Under the pieces are notes generated by a model. That model was given only the letters and a program-made list of their open reading frames with translations, searched no databases and was not told where the DNA came from. DNA of 64,000 nucleotides from Candidatus Latescibacterota bacterium (GTDB lineage: Bacteria; Latescibacterota; UBA2968; UBA8231), in NCBI GenBank assembly GCA_965208105.1, contig OZ242318.1:1120001-1184000 (forward strand), read 5' to 3'. A program made the translations under genes and the position numbers. Of the stretch, positions 29,063 through 39,604 are shown in pieces; within the stretch, counting starts at the first letter, position 1; every line of letters starts with the position of its first letter.

Positions 29063-29434
29063 CTATCCGCATTTCTTCAGCAGGACGGCCGGGTGCCGCT
29101 TCAGCTCTGCGTTCCACGGGTCGAGCTCGAATCCCCCGGACTCCAGCGCGGTGAGGCCGAGCAGGGGTTCGGCCCCTTCTTCGCCGTAGACGATGGTGCC
29201 GCCGACGACTTCCCCCTCGAACTCGATTTCCCCCACGGTTATATCCGCGGAAGCGGGCATGCCGTCTGCGAGCAGGTACCGGCGCCGGCCCCTGGGTTCG
29301 AGCCCGATGGCCTCGAGGTGCTCGCGCGGCACCAGGGCGTCGAAGGCGCCGCTGCCGACGAGGAATTTGCTGGTCAAACTCTGCCGCGGGTCCGCCGGAT
29401 TGCGGATGGTCACGTCAACGTAGGTTGCAACCAT
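29063..29434 (-). CDS. Clan AA aspartic protease homolog (tandem paralog), catalytic motif read as GSG
   Basis: YVDVTIRNP..FLVGSGAF..EPLLGLTALES; 123 aa, highly similar to 28375-28746. Confidence 0.75.
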   Translation of the reverse strand: MVATYVDVTIRNPADPRQSLTSKFLVGSGAFDALVPREHLEAIGLEPRGRRRYLLADGMPASADITVGEIEFEGEVVGGTIVYGEEGAEPLLGLTALESGGFELDPWNAELKRHPAVLLKKCG

Positions 29435-29781
29435 TGTAATTCTCCTTCTTGACCTGGTTCCGTCACCTTGGCCGCTCTCCCACTCTTTCGGCCATTTCCT
29501 CCACTCTGGCTTCCTCCACTTCCATATAATTTAGTGAAATTTTGTTCAGTATGCAATAGCCGTGCCTGACCGCGGCCGGTTTCCTTGTCTCCCATCAAAA
29601 TTCCTGCCAATAGGCTGCTTCCCTTGACTGGGACCCGGCGCCGTCCTATAGATTAGGTTCGCCGCCAGGTCCCCTTGGATTTCCATCCACGGACCTCAAG
29701 GCGGGCGTAACCTTTTTCCGGCATGGAGCCGGGGGATTCCTTGCTACCTCGCCGCCTGACCCTTCACGAGGACTATGCCGC

Positions 29782-31998
29782 ATGGACCTGTTCGATGCCG
29801 GCCAGCAAGACCGGGAGGAGCGCGACCAGCCCCTCGCCGCTCGCCTGCGGCCGCGCCATCTGGATGAGTTCAGCGGCCAGGAGCACATCGTCGGTCCGGG
29901 CCGCCTTCTGCGCCGGGCCATCGAGGCCGACCAGCTCTCCTCGCTGATCTTCTACGGTCCGCCGGGCACGGGCAAGACCACCCTGGCATCGGTCATCGCC
30001 CATACCTCGCGCTTTCACTTCATCACCATCAACGCGGTCCTGGCCGGGGTCGCCGACATCCGCGGCGCCATCGACGCGGCGCGGGAGCGACGCAAGTTCC
30101 ACGACCAGCGCACCATCCTCTTCGTCGACGAGGTCCACCGCTTCAACAAGGCCCAGCAGGACGCCCTGCTGCCCTGGGTCGAGAACGGCACCGTGGTCCT
30201 CATCGGCGCCACCACCGAGAACCCCTACTTCTCGGTCAACCGCCCGCTGCTCTCGCGCAGCCGCGTATTTCAGCTCGAGGGCCTGGACCAGGAATGCCTG
30301 CGCCGCATCGCCCGGCAGGCCCTCGCCGACGAGCGCGGCTACGCCCACCTCAAGGTGGACCTGCGCCCCGACGCCCTGGACCACCTGGTCAACGTCGCCA
30401 ACGGCGATGCCCGCGCCCTGCTCAACGCCCTCGAGCTGGCGGTGGAAACCACCCCGGCGGACGCGGGCGGGAGCATCGTCGTCGACCTGGAGGTGGCCGA
30501 GGAGTCCATCCAGCGCCGCGCCGTGCTCTACGACAAGGAGGGCGACTACCACTTCGACATCATCAGCGCCTTCATCAAGTCCATGCGCGGGTCCGACCCG
30601 GACGCCACCATGTACTGGCTGGCGCGCATGGTCTACGCCGGCGAGGACCCCCATTTCATCCTGCGGCGCATGCTCATCTTCGCCAGCGAGGACGTGGGCC
30701 TCGCCGCGCCGCAGGCCCTGCAGGTGGTGGTGGCCGCCGCCGAGTCCTTCGAGCGCACCGGGCTGCCCGAGGGCCGCTTCCCCCTGGCCCACGCCGCCCT
30801 CTACCTGGCCACCGCCCCCAAGAGCAACTCCGTCTTCGCCTTCTTCGACGCCCTCGCCGCCGTCGAGCAGGAGAGCGGCGAGGAGGTCCCCGACCCCCTC
30901 AAGGACGCCAGCCGCGACGCCGAGGGATTCGGCCACGGGGCCAACTACCTCTACCCCCACGCCTACCGCGACCACTGGGTCGCGCAGCAGTACCTGCCCG
31001 ACGCGCTCCAGGGCCGCGTCTTCTTCGAGCCCACCGACCAGGGCTACGAGAGCCGCATCCGCGACCAGGTCCGCAGCCGCCGCGAGCTCCAGCTCGCCGC
31101 CATGGTGGAGGGCCAGGCCGACGCCCCCGCCGCGCTCTACCTCACCGCGGCGGAGCGCAGCCGCGACCAGTGGCTGCAGCGCATCACCAGCGAGATCAGC
31201 GCCCAGTTGGCCCGCACCCGGGAGCGCGTCTTCCATGGCCTGCAACTGCAACAGCACTACCTGGTCCTCGACCTCAACGCCGGCACCGGACTGATGACCT
31301 GGGAGGCCCTGCGCCGGGTGCCCGCCGGGGGGGTGTGGAGCCTCAGCTCCGACAAGGCCGCCGCCATCGCCCTGCAGGAAGTGGCCGCCCACCTGCCAGA
31401 AGTAGAGCGCCCCACCGTGCTGCAGGGTCCCCTGGAAGGCCTCGGCGAGAGGCTCGCGGCCGCTGGCGGCGGGGTGCGCTTCGACGCCATCATCGGGCGC
31501 AACGCCCTGGGGGCGCAGGAAGCCAAGGAGGACATCGCCGCCTCCCTGCCCCCCTTGCTCGCCCCGGGAGGGCGCCTCAGCCTGGCCGAGGCGGTGCCGC
31601 GCCGGGCCCAGCGCCTGCACCGGCTGGTGGACCTGGACAGCCTGGGCGCCGACCTCGGCTCCCGCGTCGCCGCCGCCGAAGAGGCCATCTACGCCGACGC
31701 CGGCAACCCCCAGGTCAACTGGGACGCGGACGACTTGCAAGAGCTGCTCGAGGCGGCCGGATTCAAAGTGGACCTGCGCCTCGAATCCGAGTCCTCTCCC
31801 CACCGGGTCACCCCGCGCCAACTGGGACACTGGTTCAATCCCGGCGGCGAGAAACACCACACCTTCGCCTACTACCTGGGCAGGAGCCTCGACGACGGCG
31901 AGGTGCGCCAGGTCAGGAAGGCCTTCGAGAAACAACTGGGCAACCGGGTGGTCCAGTGGTCCTCATCCCAGGTCTTCGCGGTGGCGGAGCTGGGATGA
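29782..31998 (+). CDS. rarA: Replication-associated recombination protein RarA/MgsA fused to a SAM-methyltransferase-like domain
   Basis: [47 protein letters not shown]; C-terminal VLDLNAGTG. Confidence 0.92.
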   Translation: MDLFDAGQQDREERDQPLAARLRPRHLDEFSGQEHIVGPGRLLRRAIEADQLSSLIFYGPPGTGKTTLASVIAHTSRFHFITINAVLAGVADIRGAIDAARERRKFHDQRTILFVDEVHRFNKAQQDALLPWVENGTVVLIGATTENPYFSVNRPLLSRSRVFQLEGLDQECLRRIARQALADERGYAHLKVDLRPDALDHLVNVANGDARALLNALELAVETTPADAGGSIVVDLEVAEESIQRRAVLYDKEGDYHFDIISAFIKSMRGSDPDATMYWLARMVYAGEDPHFILRRMLIFASEDVGLAAPQALQVVVAAAESFERTGLPEGRFPLAHAALYLATAPKSNSVFAFFDALAAVEQESGEEVPDPLKDASRDAEGFGHGANYLYPHAYRDHWVAQQYLPDALQGRVFFEPTDQGYESRIRDQVRSRRELQLAAMVEGQADAPAALYLTAAERSRDQWLQRITSEISAQLARTRERVFHGLQLQQHYLVLDLNAGTGLMTWEALRRVPAGGVWSLSSDKAAAIALQEVAAHLPEVERPTVLQGPLEGLGERLAAAGGGVRFDAIIGRNALGAQEAKEDIAASLPPLLAPGGRLSLAEAVPRRAQRLHRLVDLDSLGADLGSRVAAAEEAIYADAGNPQVNWDADDLQELLEAAGFKVDLRLESESSPHRVTPRQLGHWFNPGGEKHHTFAYYLGRSLDDGEVRQVRKAFEKQLGNRVVQWSSSQVFAVAELG

Positions 31999-32098
31999 GG
32001 ACGGTATGCCCGGTGGGGTATTGATTTATGCCCGGGCACCTGTTAAATTACGGGCCGTTTCGAGCATGCCGCCGATCTTCACCACCGCCTGGACCGCC

Positions 32099-33343
32099 AT
32101 GAAGAAAACCTTCAACCACCTCATCGCCGGGGCCCTCCTGGGCAGCGGACTTTGCGCCTGCAGCACCACCGAGCAACAGGTGGACGAGCTCCTCGACCAA
32201 CTGGCCTCCAACGAGATCGACTCGGAGGCCTGGCACCAGGGGGTCGACGGCCTCGTCGCCATCGGCCGCCCGGCTGCGCGCCAGTTGACCGCCCACCTCG
32301 ATCCTGCGCACTACACCGGGACCAACTACCGCGAATTCCGCGGCGAGATCGAAAAGGTGCGCACCGGCTGCGCCCGCGCCCTGGGGCAGATCAAGCCCCG
32401 CGCCGCCTCGGCCAAGCTCGCCGCCTGCATCGTTCCCGATACCTACACCGACACCGAGCGCCTTGCCTGCCTGTGGGGGGTGGGAGAGATCGGCTTCGAC
32501 CGCGCCTGCGTCGAGGCCCTCAGAAAGGAACTGGAAAAGGTCCCCCCCGAGGGTGAGGATCCCAACATCCGGCTTCAGCTCGCCATCGCCCTGGTCAAGA
32601 TGGACGAGATTTTGGCAATCCATCTGATCGAGGCGGCCCTTGCGGGCGAGGACGACGTTCTGGCAGGGGAAGCCCTGGAGGGACTCAGAAACTCAAACTA
32701 CTTCGGCGTTCCGCTCCTGGTGGAGGCCGCCGGCCGCGGCGGCCCGCGCCGCGCCGAGGTCGACGCGGCCCTGGAGAAGATCAAGCAACAGCTGGTCTCC
32801 CAGCTCGGCGCCGAGGAGCCGTCGCTGCGCTACCACTCCGCCCGCGCCCTGGGGACCATCGGCGACGCGGGGGTCAGCCCCGAGCTGGTCTCCGCCCTGG
32901 ACGATCCCAGCAACCTGGTGCGCTTCAACGCCGCGGCGGCGCTTGCCACCATGGACCAGAAGGCGGGCATCGAATTCCTCTTCACCGCCCTCGGCGACGA
33001 CGACCCCACCCTGCGCATCAATGCCGTCAAGTTCCTCACCGAGATCCAGAGCCGGTCGAGCGCCGTCGAACAGGAGCTCATCGCCGCCCTGGAGCGCGGC
33101 GATCCCGCCTCGAGCTCGGGCGCGGCCCAGGTTTTGGGCCAGGCGCGGGTGGAGTCCGCCGTGCAGGCGCTGCTTGCGGCGACCCTGAGGGCTGATCCAC
33201 AGGTGCGCTGGAACGCGGTCATCGCCCTGGGCCGCATCGGCTCGGCCGAGACCCGGCCCCGCCTCGAGCAGCTCCTCGAGGACAGCGACGCCACCGTGGC
33301 CTATTATGCCCGCTGGGCCCTGAGCCGGCTCGGACAAGGCTAG
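32099..33343 (+). CDS. HEAT-repeat lipoprotein
   Basis: Lipobox-like LCAC; repeated VRxxAAxALG units. Confidence 0.75.
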   Translation: MKKTFNHLIAGALLGSGLCACSTTEQQVDELLDQLASNEIDSEAWHQGVDGLVAIGRPAARQLTAHLDPAHYTGTNYREFRGEIEKVRTGCARALGQIKPRAASAKLAACIVPDTYTDTERLACLWGVGEIGFDRACVEALRKELEKVPPEGEDPNIRLQLAIALVKMDEILAIHLIEAALAGEDDVLAGEALEGLRNSNYFGVPLLVEAAGRGGPRRAEVDAALEKIKQQLVSQLGAEEPSLRYHSARALGTIGDAGVSPELVSALDDPSNLVRFNAAAALATMDQKAGIEFLFTALGDDDPTLRINAVKFLTEIQSRSSAVEQELIAALERGDPASSSGAAQVLGQARVESAVQALLAATLRADPQVRWNAVIALGRIGSAETRPRLEQLLEDSDATVAYYARWALSRLGQG

Positions 33344-33404
33344 TGCACTCGCTCCTCAACCTTGGTCCGAACGCCTGGCGCGGCGTCCCGGCGGAGAAAC
33401 TCCC

Positions 33405-35279
33405 ATGGACAAGCTGATCTGGCTCCTGCTCTTCATCCTGGGCTACTGGGCCTATTGCATCTTCTGGGGCTGGAAGGGAGCGCGGCAGGCCCGCACCGCC
33501 AGCGACTATTTCATCGCCGGGCGCAAAATCGGGCTCTGGGTCTTCGTCCTCGCCGCCACCGCCACCTCCTTCAGCGGCTGGACCTTCGTGGGCCACCCCG
33601 GCCTGATCTACAAGACGGGCCTGCCCTACGCCTTCGCCTCGTTCTACGCCATCACTATTCCTTTTACAGGGATTCTCTTCCTCAAGCGCCAGTGGCTGCT
33701 GGGAAAGCGCTTCGGCTACATCACCCCGGGAGAGATGTTCAGCGACTACTACCGCACCGACGCCATGCGCTTTCTCACCGTCATCGTGGCCATGGTCTTC
33801 AGCGTGCCCTACCTGGGAGTTCAGCTCAAGGCATCCGGGCTCCTGTTCAACCGCCTGCTCCAGGGCACGGCCCTGGAACACACCTTCATCGGCACCATCG
33901 AAGGCGGCGCCATCATGCTCTCGGTGATCGTCTTTCTCTACGTCGCCTCCGGAGGACTGCGCTCGGTGGCCTACGTCGACTGCGCCCAGTGCATCCTCCT
34001 GGCCCTCGGGATCGTCATCCTGGGGTTCGTCGCCCTCGACCTGGTCGGCGGCTGGAATTCCTTCATCGGCGGGTTGGCCGCCCTTGCCCGCAGCGCTCCG
34101 GACATGGTGACCATCCCCACCCGGCCCGAGTCCTCCTCGTTCCTGGAGCGCAGCGGGGCCATGTTCCTGGACTCGACCGGAGGTTCCTGGACCAGCTTGA
34201 TGATCCTGACCTACATGTTCGCGCTGATGGGGATCCAGGCCGCGCCGGCCTTTTCAATGTGGGCCTTCTCCAACAAGGACCCGCGCCCCTTCCCCCTGCA
34301 GCAGGTCTTCGCCTCCTCCCTGGCCATCGGCGGCATCATGTTCTTCTTCACCGCGGTCCAGGGGCTGGGCGGCGCCATGCTCGACCGGGAACTGGTTCCG
34401 GGGACTTCCCCCCTGGGGGTACCGGGGGCCGACTCCCTCGTTCCCTACCTCATCGACACGCTCACCCGCAGTGCGCCCTGGCTCGTCGGCCTGCTGTCTG
34501 TCTGCGCCCTGGCGGCCATGCAGTCCACCGGAGCGGCCTACATGTCCACCGCCAGCGGCATCATCACCCGCGATCTCTACCGTCACTTCCTCAACCGGGA
34601 AGCCTCCCACCGGGCCCAGGTCCTGGTGGGGCGAATCTGCGTCGCGGTCATCGTCACCCTGGCCCTCTTCGTCGGGCTGGCCAGCGGCGACGTCCTCGTA
34701 CTGCTCGGCGGCCTTGCCGTATCCTACGGCTTCCAGATGTACCCGGCCCTGTTGGGAGTCTGCTACATTCGCTTCTTCACCCCCAAGGGCATCGTCTGGG
34801 GGCTGGTAGCCGGGCTGGTGGCCGTGACCTTCACCTACATCGCGGAGCTCGGAGGCCTGCTGGGATTCGGGCGCTATCCCCTGACCCTGCACAGCGCCGG
34901 CTGGGGCATTCTCTTCAACCTGGGAATCGCCGTCGTGGTCAGCGCCTTCACCCAGCCCAGGAAGCCCGGTACCGGCGCCCATCGCAACCGCTTCCACGAC
35001 TTCCTCCGCGAGCACACCCGGCTCAGCCCGGACAGGAGGAAGTGGAAGAAGCCGGCCTGGATCCTGGTCAGTGTCTGGTTCCTCTGCGCCATCGGCCCCT
35101 TTGCGGTGCTCGGTAACGAGGCCGATCCCTCCGCCTGGATCCTCGGCATTCCCACCCTGTGGGTCTGGCAGATCGCCTGGTGGATCGTGGGCTGCGTCAT
35201 GATGTACCTGCTCGCCTTCAAGCTCGAGATGTCCACCGTTCCCGAGAGAGAAGTGGAAAGTCTCGCCCAGAGCGAATGA
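33405..35279 (+). CDS. Sodium:solute symporter family transporter
   Basis: DYFIAGR, ATSFSGWTFVGHPG, GGLRSVAYVD, AAMQST; many TM helices. Confidence 0.9.
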   Translation: MDKLIWLLLFILGYWAYCIFWGWKGARQARTASDYFIAGRKIGLWVFVLAATATSFSGWTFVGHPGLIYKTGLPYAFASFYAITIPFTGILFLKRQWLLGKRFGYITPGEMFSDYYRTDAMRFLTVIVAMVFSVPYLGVQLKASGLLFNRLLQGTALEHTFIGTIEGGAIMLSVIVFLYVASGGLRSVAYVDCAQCILLALGIVILGFVALDLVGGWNSFIGGLAALARSAPDMVTIPTRPESSSFLERSGAMFLDSTGGSWTSLMILTYMFALMGIQAAPAFSMWAFSNKDPRPFPLQQVFASSLAIGGIMFFFTAVQGLGGAMLDRELVPGTSPLGVPGADSLVPYLIDTLTRSAPWLVGLLSVCALAAMQSTGAAYMSTASGIITRDLYRHFLNREASHRAQVLVGRICVAVIVTLALFVGLASGDVLVLLGGLAVSYGFQMYPALLGVCYIRFFTPKGIVWGLVAGLVAVTFTYIAELGGLLGFGRYPLTLHSAGWGILFNLGIAVVVSAFTQPRKPGTGAHRNRFHDFLREHTRLSPDRRKWKKPAWILVSVWFLCAIGPFAVLGNEADPSAWILGIPTLWVWQIAWWIVGCVMMYLLAFKLEMSTVPEREVESLAQSE

Positions 35280-36979
35280 GTTCGCCCATGCTCCGCCTCT
35301 TCCTCCGCCTCGGCCTGGCCCTCCTCCTGGCCAGCCTGGTGGCCGCCCTGCTGCCGCAGCGCGGAGAAGTGGACGGCTGGAGCCTCTTTCCGCCCCTGGC
35401 TGCCATTCTCGCCTCGGTCCTGACCGGCCGGCTGATCCTGGGACTTTCGGTGGCCATCCTGAGCGGAGCCCTGATCTCGCTGCCCGCTTCCACTCCCTTC
35501 CACGCCCTGCCCTTCGCGGTGCTGCGCCACGCACTCCTCGACTTCGTCTGGATTCCCCTGAAGGACTCCTTCCAGCTCTATATCCTCGGCTTCACTGCAT
35601 CTCTCATCGGCATGGCGCGGGTGGTGTCCTTGGGTGGGGGCGCCCAGGGCATCGCCGAGTTGCTGGCCGCCCGCGCCCAGAGCGCGCGCTCCACCCGGGC
35701 AGCCACCTTCCTGACCGGCATGGCCATCTTCTTCGACGACTACGCCAACACCCTGGTGGTGGGCTCGACCATGCGGCCCATTGCCGACCGCTTCAGAATT
35801 TCGCGGGAAAAACTCGCCTACCTGGTGGATTCCACCGCGGCGCCGGTGGCCGGGGTGGCGGTGATCAGCACCTGGATCGGCTTCGAGGTGGGGCTCTTCG
35901 ACGATGCCATGCGCCAGGTGGGCAGCGGGATCTCGGGCTACGAGCTCTTCTTCCGCGCCCTGCCGGCGCGCTTCTACTGCCTGCTGACCCTGGCCTTCAT
36001 CGCCTTGTCCATCCTGCTGCAGCGCGACTTCGGACCCATGCTCAGGGCCGAGCGCCGCGCCCGCCTGAAGGGCCAGGTGCTGGCCCCGGGGGCCCGCCCT
36101 CTCACCGGCAGGAAGGGCGACGCCCTCGAGGCGGCGCCCGGAGTGCGGGGCCACTGGGCCACGGCCGCCGCGCCGGTGGGCCTGGTGATCGCCGGGGTGC
36201 TGGGGGGAATGCACCTCGACACCTGGAACATCAACGAGGTCGCCGCCTTGCGCCAGGAGCACTCCTTTTTCAGCCGCTCCTACTGGACCGCGGCGTTTTC
36301 CCACGCCGACAACTCCAAGGTGATGTTCCTGGCGGCACTGGCAGGCTCGGCCCTGGCCTTCGCCGTCGCCCTCAGCCGCCGCGATTCGGCGGGCCGCTTT
36401 CCGCTTTCTCCTTGGCTGGTCTTCAGGACCTGGATCAAGGGCATCACCGGATTCTACTACGCCCTGATCATCCTGGTCCTCGCCTGGTCGATCAAGGAGA
36501 CCTGCAAGGCCGTGGACACCGCCGCCTATCTCATCGCTTCGCTGTCGGGATTCCTCGATCCCATTCTGCTCCCGATACTGGTATTCATGCTCGCCGCCCT
36601 GGTGGCCTTTTCCATCGGCACCTCGTGGACGACCATGGCCATCCTCCTGCCCACCATGCTGCCCCTGGCCCATGACATGGGCGGCCTGGCCCTGACCGTC
36701 CTGGTCGCCGCCGCGGTGCTCGACGGCGCCATCTTCGGGGACCACTGCTCCCCCATAAGCGACACCACGGTGCTCTCCAGCATCGCCACTTCCTGCGACC
36801 ACGTCGACCACGTCAAGACCCAGATCCCCTATGCCCTGGCCACCATGGCCACGGCGGCCCTCTGCGGCTACCTGGGCAGCACCCTCCTCTACTCTCCCCT
36901 TCTCGGCCTGCTTCTGGGGACAGCCGTCATCGCGCTGGTTCTCTTTTTCCTGGGAAGAAATTCGGACGCTGAAGCCTGA
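35276..36979 (+). CDS. Na+/H+ antiporter NhaC-family protein
   Basis: FFDDYANTL, SREKLAYLVDSTAAP, GTSW, GAIFGDHCSPISDTT; ATGA overlap with the upstream gene. Confidence 0.9.
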   Translation: MSSPMLRLFLRLGLALLLASLVAALLPQRGEVDGWSLFPPLAAILASVLTGRLILGLSVAILSGALISLPASTPFHALPFAVLRHALLDFVWIPLKDSFQLYILGFTASLIGMARVVSLGGGAQGIAELLAARAQSARSTRAATFLTGMAIFFDDYANTLVVGSTMRPIADRFRISREKLAYLVDSTAAPVAGVAVISTWIGFEVGLFDDAMRQVGSGISGYELFFRALPARFYCLLTLAFIALSILLQRDFGPMLRAERRARLKGQVLAPGARPLTGRKGDALEAAPGVRGHWATAAAPVGLVIAGVLGGMHLDTWNINEVAALRQEHSFFSRSYWTAAFSHADNSKVMFLAALAGSALAFAVALSRRDSAGRFPLSPWLVFRTWIKGITGFYYALIILVLAWSIKETCKAVDTAAYLIASLSGFLDPILLPILVFMLAALVAFSIGTSWTTMAILLPTMLPLAHDMGGLALTVLVAAAVLDGAIFGDHCSPISDTTVLSSIATSCDHVDHVKTQIPYALATMATAALCGYLGSTLLYSPLLGLLLGTAVIALVLFFLGRNSDAEA

Positions 36980-37013
36980 CCCGGGCGCTCTCCCGCCTAC
37001 CGCGGCAGGTGGG

Positions 37014-37607
37014 CTACCATCCGGCGGTGGTGCGATCGACGATCTCCTCCACCACCATGTCCAGGGCGGCCCCGACCGCCGGGTCGCGCCCCTCCTCGTC
37101 GGGCAGGTCGGCGTCGTAGGTACCCCACCCCTGGAGATCCTTCAGCTCCAGCAGAGAGCTGCCGTCGACCGCGCGCAGCAGCTCCATGTCGATTTGAACG
37201 CTGAAGCGGTACTGCTCGGTCTCCTCGGCGGCGGTGTAGGTGAAGGGGCGATCCTGAAGAGCCGTCACCCGCAGGTAGAGCACCGCGTCGGCGCTCTCCT
37301 CGTCCACCAGCCGCAGGCGGCCATCGCTCCTGTAGGCGTCCCCCAGGCGCTCGCTGAGGTCCTCGCCGATGCGGAATTCGGCGGTATCGTTCTCGGCCAC
37401 CGGGATGGCGACGCTGCGGATCCCGCCGATGAGGCCGGAGGTGGTGGAGTAGTGGGCGCAGCCTGCCGCAAGGATGAGACAGGCGAAAAGAAGGAAATGG
37501 AGGCGGCCGCCGGGGCGGCGCGGAGCCTTCGCCGCGGCAGGGCGCCGGCGCATGGCCCCTGCCGGGGTAAGCGGTGTGGTGTCTGACTGAGGCGGGAAAG
37601 GGATCAT
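37014..37607 (-). CDS. LptE-like lipoprotein
   Basis: LAAGC lipobox, IRSVAIPVAENDT, ADAVL pattern; start may be 37553. Confidence 0.65.
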   Translation of the reverse strand: MIPFPPQSDTTPLTPAGAMRRRPAAAKAPRRPGGRLHFLLFACLILAAGCAHYSTTSGLIGGIRSVAIPVAENDTAEFRIGEDLSERLGDAYRSDGRLRLVDEESADAVLYLRVTALQDRPFTYTAAEETEQYRFSVQIDMELLRAVDGSSLLELKDLQGWGTYDADLPDEEGRDPAVGAALDMVVEEIVDRTTAGW

Positions 37608-38116
37608 TCCGGCGGGCGCGGCTGCTGCCGGGGCGCTTCATCGCCCGCCTCCGGCTTGGAGGCCGCCGCCGGAGGGCCCTCTTCCGCCTTTTGGAGGGGC
37701 AGCGCACGCGCCTGGTCCCCAACCGCAATGGGTTGGCCCTTGGGCTGGCCGCTGACGTCCGCGCTGCGCACCTGGAGGTGTTCCCACTTCTCGGCGCCGC
37801 GGCCGTAGCTGCCCAGGGAGTGCTCCACCATCAGGGAGCTGAGCGTGCGGGTGTTGCTCGGCGCCACTGCGGCGGCCACCACCAGGGGCGCGCGCACCGT
37901 GCACATGCGTTCCTGCACGTGGGTGGCCACTACCCGAGCCTTGACCATCTCCCACTGGCCCAGAGGCTCTCCGCTATCGGGATCTTCGATGGCCTGGTGC
38001 TCGGCGAAGATCACGAAGACCATGCCCTCCAGCACGCCGTGGCTCGAGCCAGCGTTCAGCACCAGGGTGGTGTCGTCAATGATTGCCGCTACCTTGGCGG
38101 TGATGATTTCGTTCAT
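37604..38116 (-). CDS. Hypothetical protein (FlgT C-terminal-like)
   Basis: LVLNAGSSHGV..F.I....IEDPDSGEPLG pattern. Confidence 0.55.
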   Translation of the reverse strand: MNEIITAKVAAIIDDTTLVLNAGSSHGVLEGMVFVIFAEHQAIEDPDSGEPLGQWEMVKARVVATHVQERMCTVRAPLVVAAAVAPSNTRTLSSLMVEHSLGSYGRGAEKWEHLQVRSADVSGQPKGQPIAVGDQARALPLQKAEEGPPAAASKPEAGDEAPRQQPRPPE

Positions 38117-38236
38117 CGCTCGTCTACCTGCCCGAAGCAGTCAGGTGCCCCCGCTGAAAGCGGCGGTCCCGGCGCGCGCCTGCAGCGATCGAAGTACGGG
38201 CGGGGCCGGTGCCCGTCCCGGCCTCCCCCGCCCCTT

Positions 38237-39283
38237 CTAGCGCTGCCACCCTAGGACTACGTTGTCTCCCGGCATGTCCAGGATGAAGTCCCTGGGGTTC
38301 ACGTAACCCCCGTGCCCTCCCGCCCGGGGGTTGATGTGGCGCACCGCGTAGTGCAGATGCGGACCGGTGGACCTGCCGCTGTTGCCCAACGTCCCTATCT
38401 GCTGACCCCGGACGACGCGGTTGCCCTTGCTCACCATGATCCTCCTCAGGTGCCCGTACTCGGTGCGGTACTTTCCTTTTCTGACCTGGCGTTCGCCCTT
38501 GTGGTCGGTCCACTCGATGTTGTGCTCGATGACGACCACGTTGCCCAGGCGGATGTCCTTGTAGGCGTAGGCGACCACCCCGTCGCCGGTGGCGTAAATG
38601 GGCATTCCCGGACGGCCCGCGAAATCGATGCCCGAATGATGCGCCATGCGCCCGGTGAATGGGTCGCGGCGGACGCCGAAATTCGACGAGACCCAGGTCC
38701 CTTCCGCGGGGACGGGCAGAATCGTCGGATAGTGGCTCAAATCCTGCTCGCTTTCCAGGAACTTGCGCTCGATCAGCTTGAAGCTCTCTTCCTGCAGCTT
38801 GGCTTCCATCTCCAGCCGGTCGATGGCAAAGCTGAGCTTTTCCAGGGCGAGGCGCGTCGCGGAAGGCAGGGACTGGACGCTGCCCTTCTGCGCGCCGGTC
38901 CCGCTATCGGACTCGCCGTCCCGCCCGGTCCTGCCTCCCATGCCTCCCTGCCGCACCTGCGGAGATAGTGGCTCCATCTCGTGGTAGTAGCGCAGGCGCT
39001 CGTCGTCCGCCGCCAGCGCCGCCATGGATTTTTCCAGCTTGCGGATGTCCTTCCCCATCAATTCCAACCTGGCCGTCAAAACCTCGTTCTCATCGCGCAA
39101 CTGGGCCAGGTTCAGGTCTTTCCCCCCTCCGAAGTAGAACCCCGTGGCGTAGAACAGCAAAGCTCCCCCAACCACTGCGAAGATGGCCGCGGTCGCCCCG
39201 AGAAGCCAGGGAGGAAAGCGGTACTCGCGCACATGTCCGTCGGCGGTGGGGATAACGATGAAGCTAATGTTCTTTCTGGCCAT
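38237..39283 (-). CDS. M23 family metallopeptidase
   Basis: HSGIDF, YGHL, GNSGRSTGPHLHY; N-terminal TM and coiled coil. Confidence 0.92.
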   Translation of the reverse strand: MARKNISFIVIPTADGHVREYRFPPWLLGATAAIFAVVGGALLFYATGFYFGGGKDLNLAQLRDENEVLTARLELMGKDIRKLEKSMAALAADDERLRYYHEMEPLSPQVRQGGMGGRTGRDGESDSGTGAQKGSVQSLPSATRLALEKLSFAIDRLEMEAKLQEESFKLIERKFLESEQDLSHYPTILPVPAEGTWVSSNFGVRRDPFTGRMAHHSGIDFAGRPGMPIYATGDGVVAYAYKDIRLGNVVVIEHNIEWTDHKGERQVRKGKYRTEYGHLRRIMVSKGNRVVRGQQIGTLGNSGRSTGPHLHYAVRHINPRAGGHGGYVNPRDFILDMPGDNVVLGWQR

Positions 39284-39415
39284 AGATCGGGTCTGTCTCC
39301 TGGTTCAAAGCCGGAACGCAAGCGGGGTTGCCCGGCGGATGGTTGCATGAATGAACATATTCCGCTGCTTCTGAGAAACCCCGAGGATAGGGCCGCCGCT
39401 GCTGCCCGGCCCCTA

Positions 39416-39444
39416 TTGACCTGAACCGCCGCGTGGCCTATTAT
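39416..39444 (+). promoter_or_regulatory. Putative sigma70 promoter for ctpA-lipA
   Basis: TTGACC-N17-TATTAT. Confidence 0.5.
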
Positions 39445-39604
39445 GAGTATTCTCGAAAAATTCCGGAATATCTTAAAATGGCGTCCCAGCTCTGATTGAG
39501 CAACCCCCTCGAAGCGGTCCCGGTCCTTCCGGCCTCCTTCGCGCCGCGCCGGAAAGCTGCAGCCGGGAGTTGGCGGGCGCCTCCGATCCCTCAGGGAATA
39601 CTCC

